Below, in pieces: positions 62,771 to 64,000 of a stretch of 64,000 nucleotides of DNA. The DNA comes from the human T2T-CHM13v2.0 reference genome, Homo sapiens. The stretch is taken from the NCBI RefSeq assembly GCF_009914755.1, contig NC_060932.1, one strand, 5' to 3'. Positions within the stretch are counted from its first letter, which is position 1. Every line of letters begins with the position of its first letter. The notes under the pieces were generated by a model. The model had not been told where the DNA came from, ran no database searches, and saw nothing but the letters and a program-made list of their open reading frames with translations. Position numbers and translations under genes: made by a program.

Positions 62771-63120
62771 ATGCATTTCATTTCCTTCCTTTGTAAATAC
62801 ACTTTTTATTCATCAGTACAGTTCTCATATGCTCTATAGAACCCCAAGATAGGAAGACTGTTTAGTTAGTTAGCAAGTATTTATGAAGCACCTAACATGC
62901 ACAGCAGCAGAGACCCCAGAATGGCAAATGTGTGCCTCCCCTGACCTACATGCAGTTGAATTTCATCCATCTTACAGTCTAAAAGAAACAAATGTAGAGA
63001 AATACAGGTTCTTGTTTAATTACATTCTAATTAATTTCCTTAGCACAAAAATTCATTCAGTGTTTCAGCCATTGTGATAAGGTAACAGATAATTTAGGGA
63101 TCTATTTGCTTTTTTCGAAG

Positions 63121-63215
63121 AAGCAGCAATCCTGGAGAGTCATGGGATAGATGTGCAGAGTCCAGGAGGCCACTCAAACAGTGATGATGTCGACGGGAAT
63201 GACTACTCTGAGCAG
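63121..63215 (+). CDS. HMBOX1: HMBOX1 internal coding exon (95 nt, phase 1-0), post-homeodomain; tandem acceptors at 63120/63123/63126
   Basis: Acceptor tttgcttttttcgAAG-AAG-CAG, donor CAG|gtgagc. Translates (E)AAILESHGIDVQSPGGHSNSDDVDGNDYSEQ. Confidence 0.95.
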
Positions 63216-63456
63216 GTGAGCCCCTGCGCAGCTGGGCGAGGTTCTTGGTGCCTGAGCAGGGGGTATAGTGGGACAGCTTAGTTCCTTGGGTGTGGCTGAT
63301 GGGGTGGGGGAGGGGAAACAGTCACTGTCCCTCCACTCTGCTCCTGTGTCTAGTTAGATTTCATGTAATTTGAAAGGAATGTGGTAAGATTCAGTTGTCC
63401 TGTTGAATTTGTGAGAGATCGTTATTCACCCACATGGATTTATTGTCATACAACAG

Positions 63457-63552
63457 GATACTTGGCAAGTACGCAATGGGGAGGAGGAGGAGGGAAGAAG
63501 TTCAGAGGGAGGCAGAGAAGCAGAGAAGGTAGAAGAAGAGAGGAGGATCTGA
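63457..63552 (+). CDS. HMBOX1: HMBOX1 alternative exon giving an acidic C-terminus DTWQVRNGEEEEGRSSEGGREAEKVEEERRI*, or a 72-nt cassette ending at 63528
   Basis: Phase-0 acceptor caacag|GAT matches the upstream phase-0 donor. Open to TGA at 63550-63552, purine/GAA-rich, with an internal AAG|gtagaa donor. I recall a similar isoform C-terminus but could not verify it. Confidence 0.7.
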   Translation, partial: DTWQVRNGEEEEGRSSEGGREAEKVEEERRI

Positions 63553-64000
63553 TCCAAACAAGCAAGTTACACCATTCACGACACACACTCAGTGTTTGAG
63601 AAATACTAGGGGCAGCTGGACCCCATGCCTAAACACGTACCGACGCAGGGCACGATGGAAGGCCCCACTCACTCTGGCCCCACTGCAGTGGGAACCCTCC
63701 TGCCCAAAGGAGTGGTTCTTCCAGAGTCTCTGGCACACTGACACATGCATCCTCTCATAAGTGCAATACCTGCATGACTCTTCACCTCGCCCTGATTTAT
63801 TCTGCATTGCTTTTGGGGAAAATGTATTTAATTGTAGCCACTGCGTGGAGTAATTCAGTAACTAAGACTGTGGGAGTCCCTCCTCGACCCCCACATAGAT
63901 GTTGACAGATTTCATTAAAATTTTGATAGGATTTAAATTTCCATTTGGAATATGCAGAGAACGCATGGTACCTTCCCCTAGACCACAGCAAGAAAACTTC

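Noticed and set aside
63610-63741. 43-codon phase-0 frame after tag| (GQLDPMPKHV...SLAH*), relatively CpG-rich
   Set aside because: There is no pyrimidine tract before the AG and no recognisable homology. More simply intron, or 3' UTR of the 63457 exon.

Overview
This is primate (very probably human) genomic DNA lying entirely inside HMBOX1 (HOT1/TAH1), an HNF-class homeobox gene whose protein binds telomeric double-stranded DNA, on the + strand. Five internal coding exons with GT-AG borders and matching phases (23239-23349, 32925-33078, 59528-59610, 61525-61620, 63121-63215) splice to GISQSRISHWLLQQG...RRGSRFTWRKECLAVMESYFNENQYPDEAKREEIANACNAVIQKPGKKLSDLERVTSLKVYNWFANRRKEIKRRANIEAAILESHG...DYSEQ. 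An alternative exon starts at 63457. The start codon and the canonical last exon lie outside the window. The rest is intron, with about 22 Alus, old L1s, MLT1 LTRs, MER DNA transposons, L2/MIR relics and a tailless 5S rRNA retropseudogene. Almost all ORFs in the supplied track are Alu/L1 or chance frames. I found no support for a wholly new biological system. The best observations are: (1) a cluster of template-switch scars at 10275-10737, including an Alu fragment apparently copied from a neighbouring Alu; (2) other small templated or retroposed inserts; (3) splice-site architecture, namely a triple tandem acceptor, an internal acceptor in a homeodomain exon, a dual-use acidic exon, an exon bracketed by inverted Alus, and candidate poison exons. 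Repeat subfamily calls and boundaries were made by eye and are approximate.
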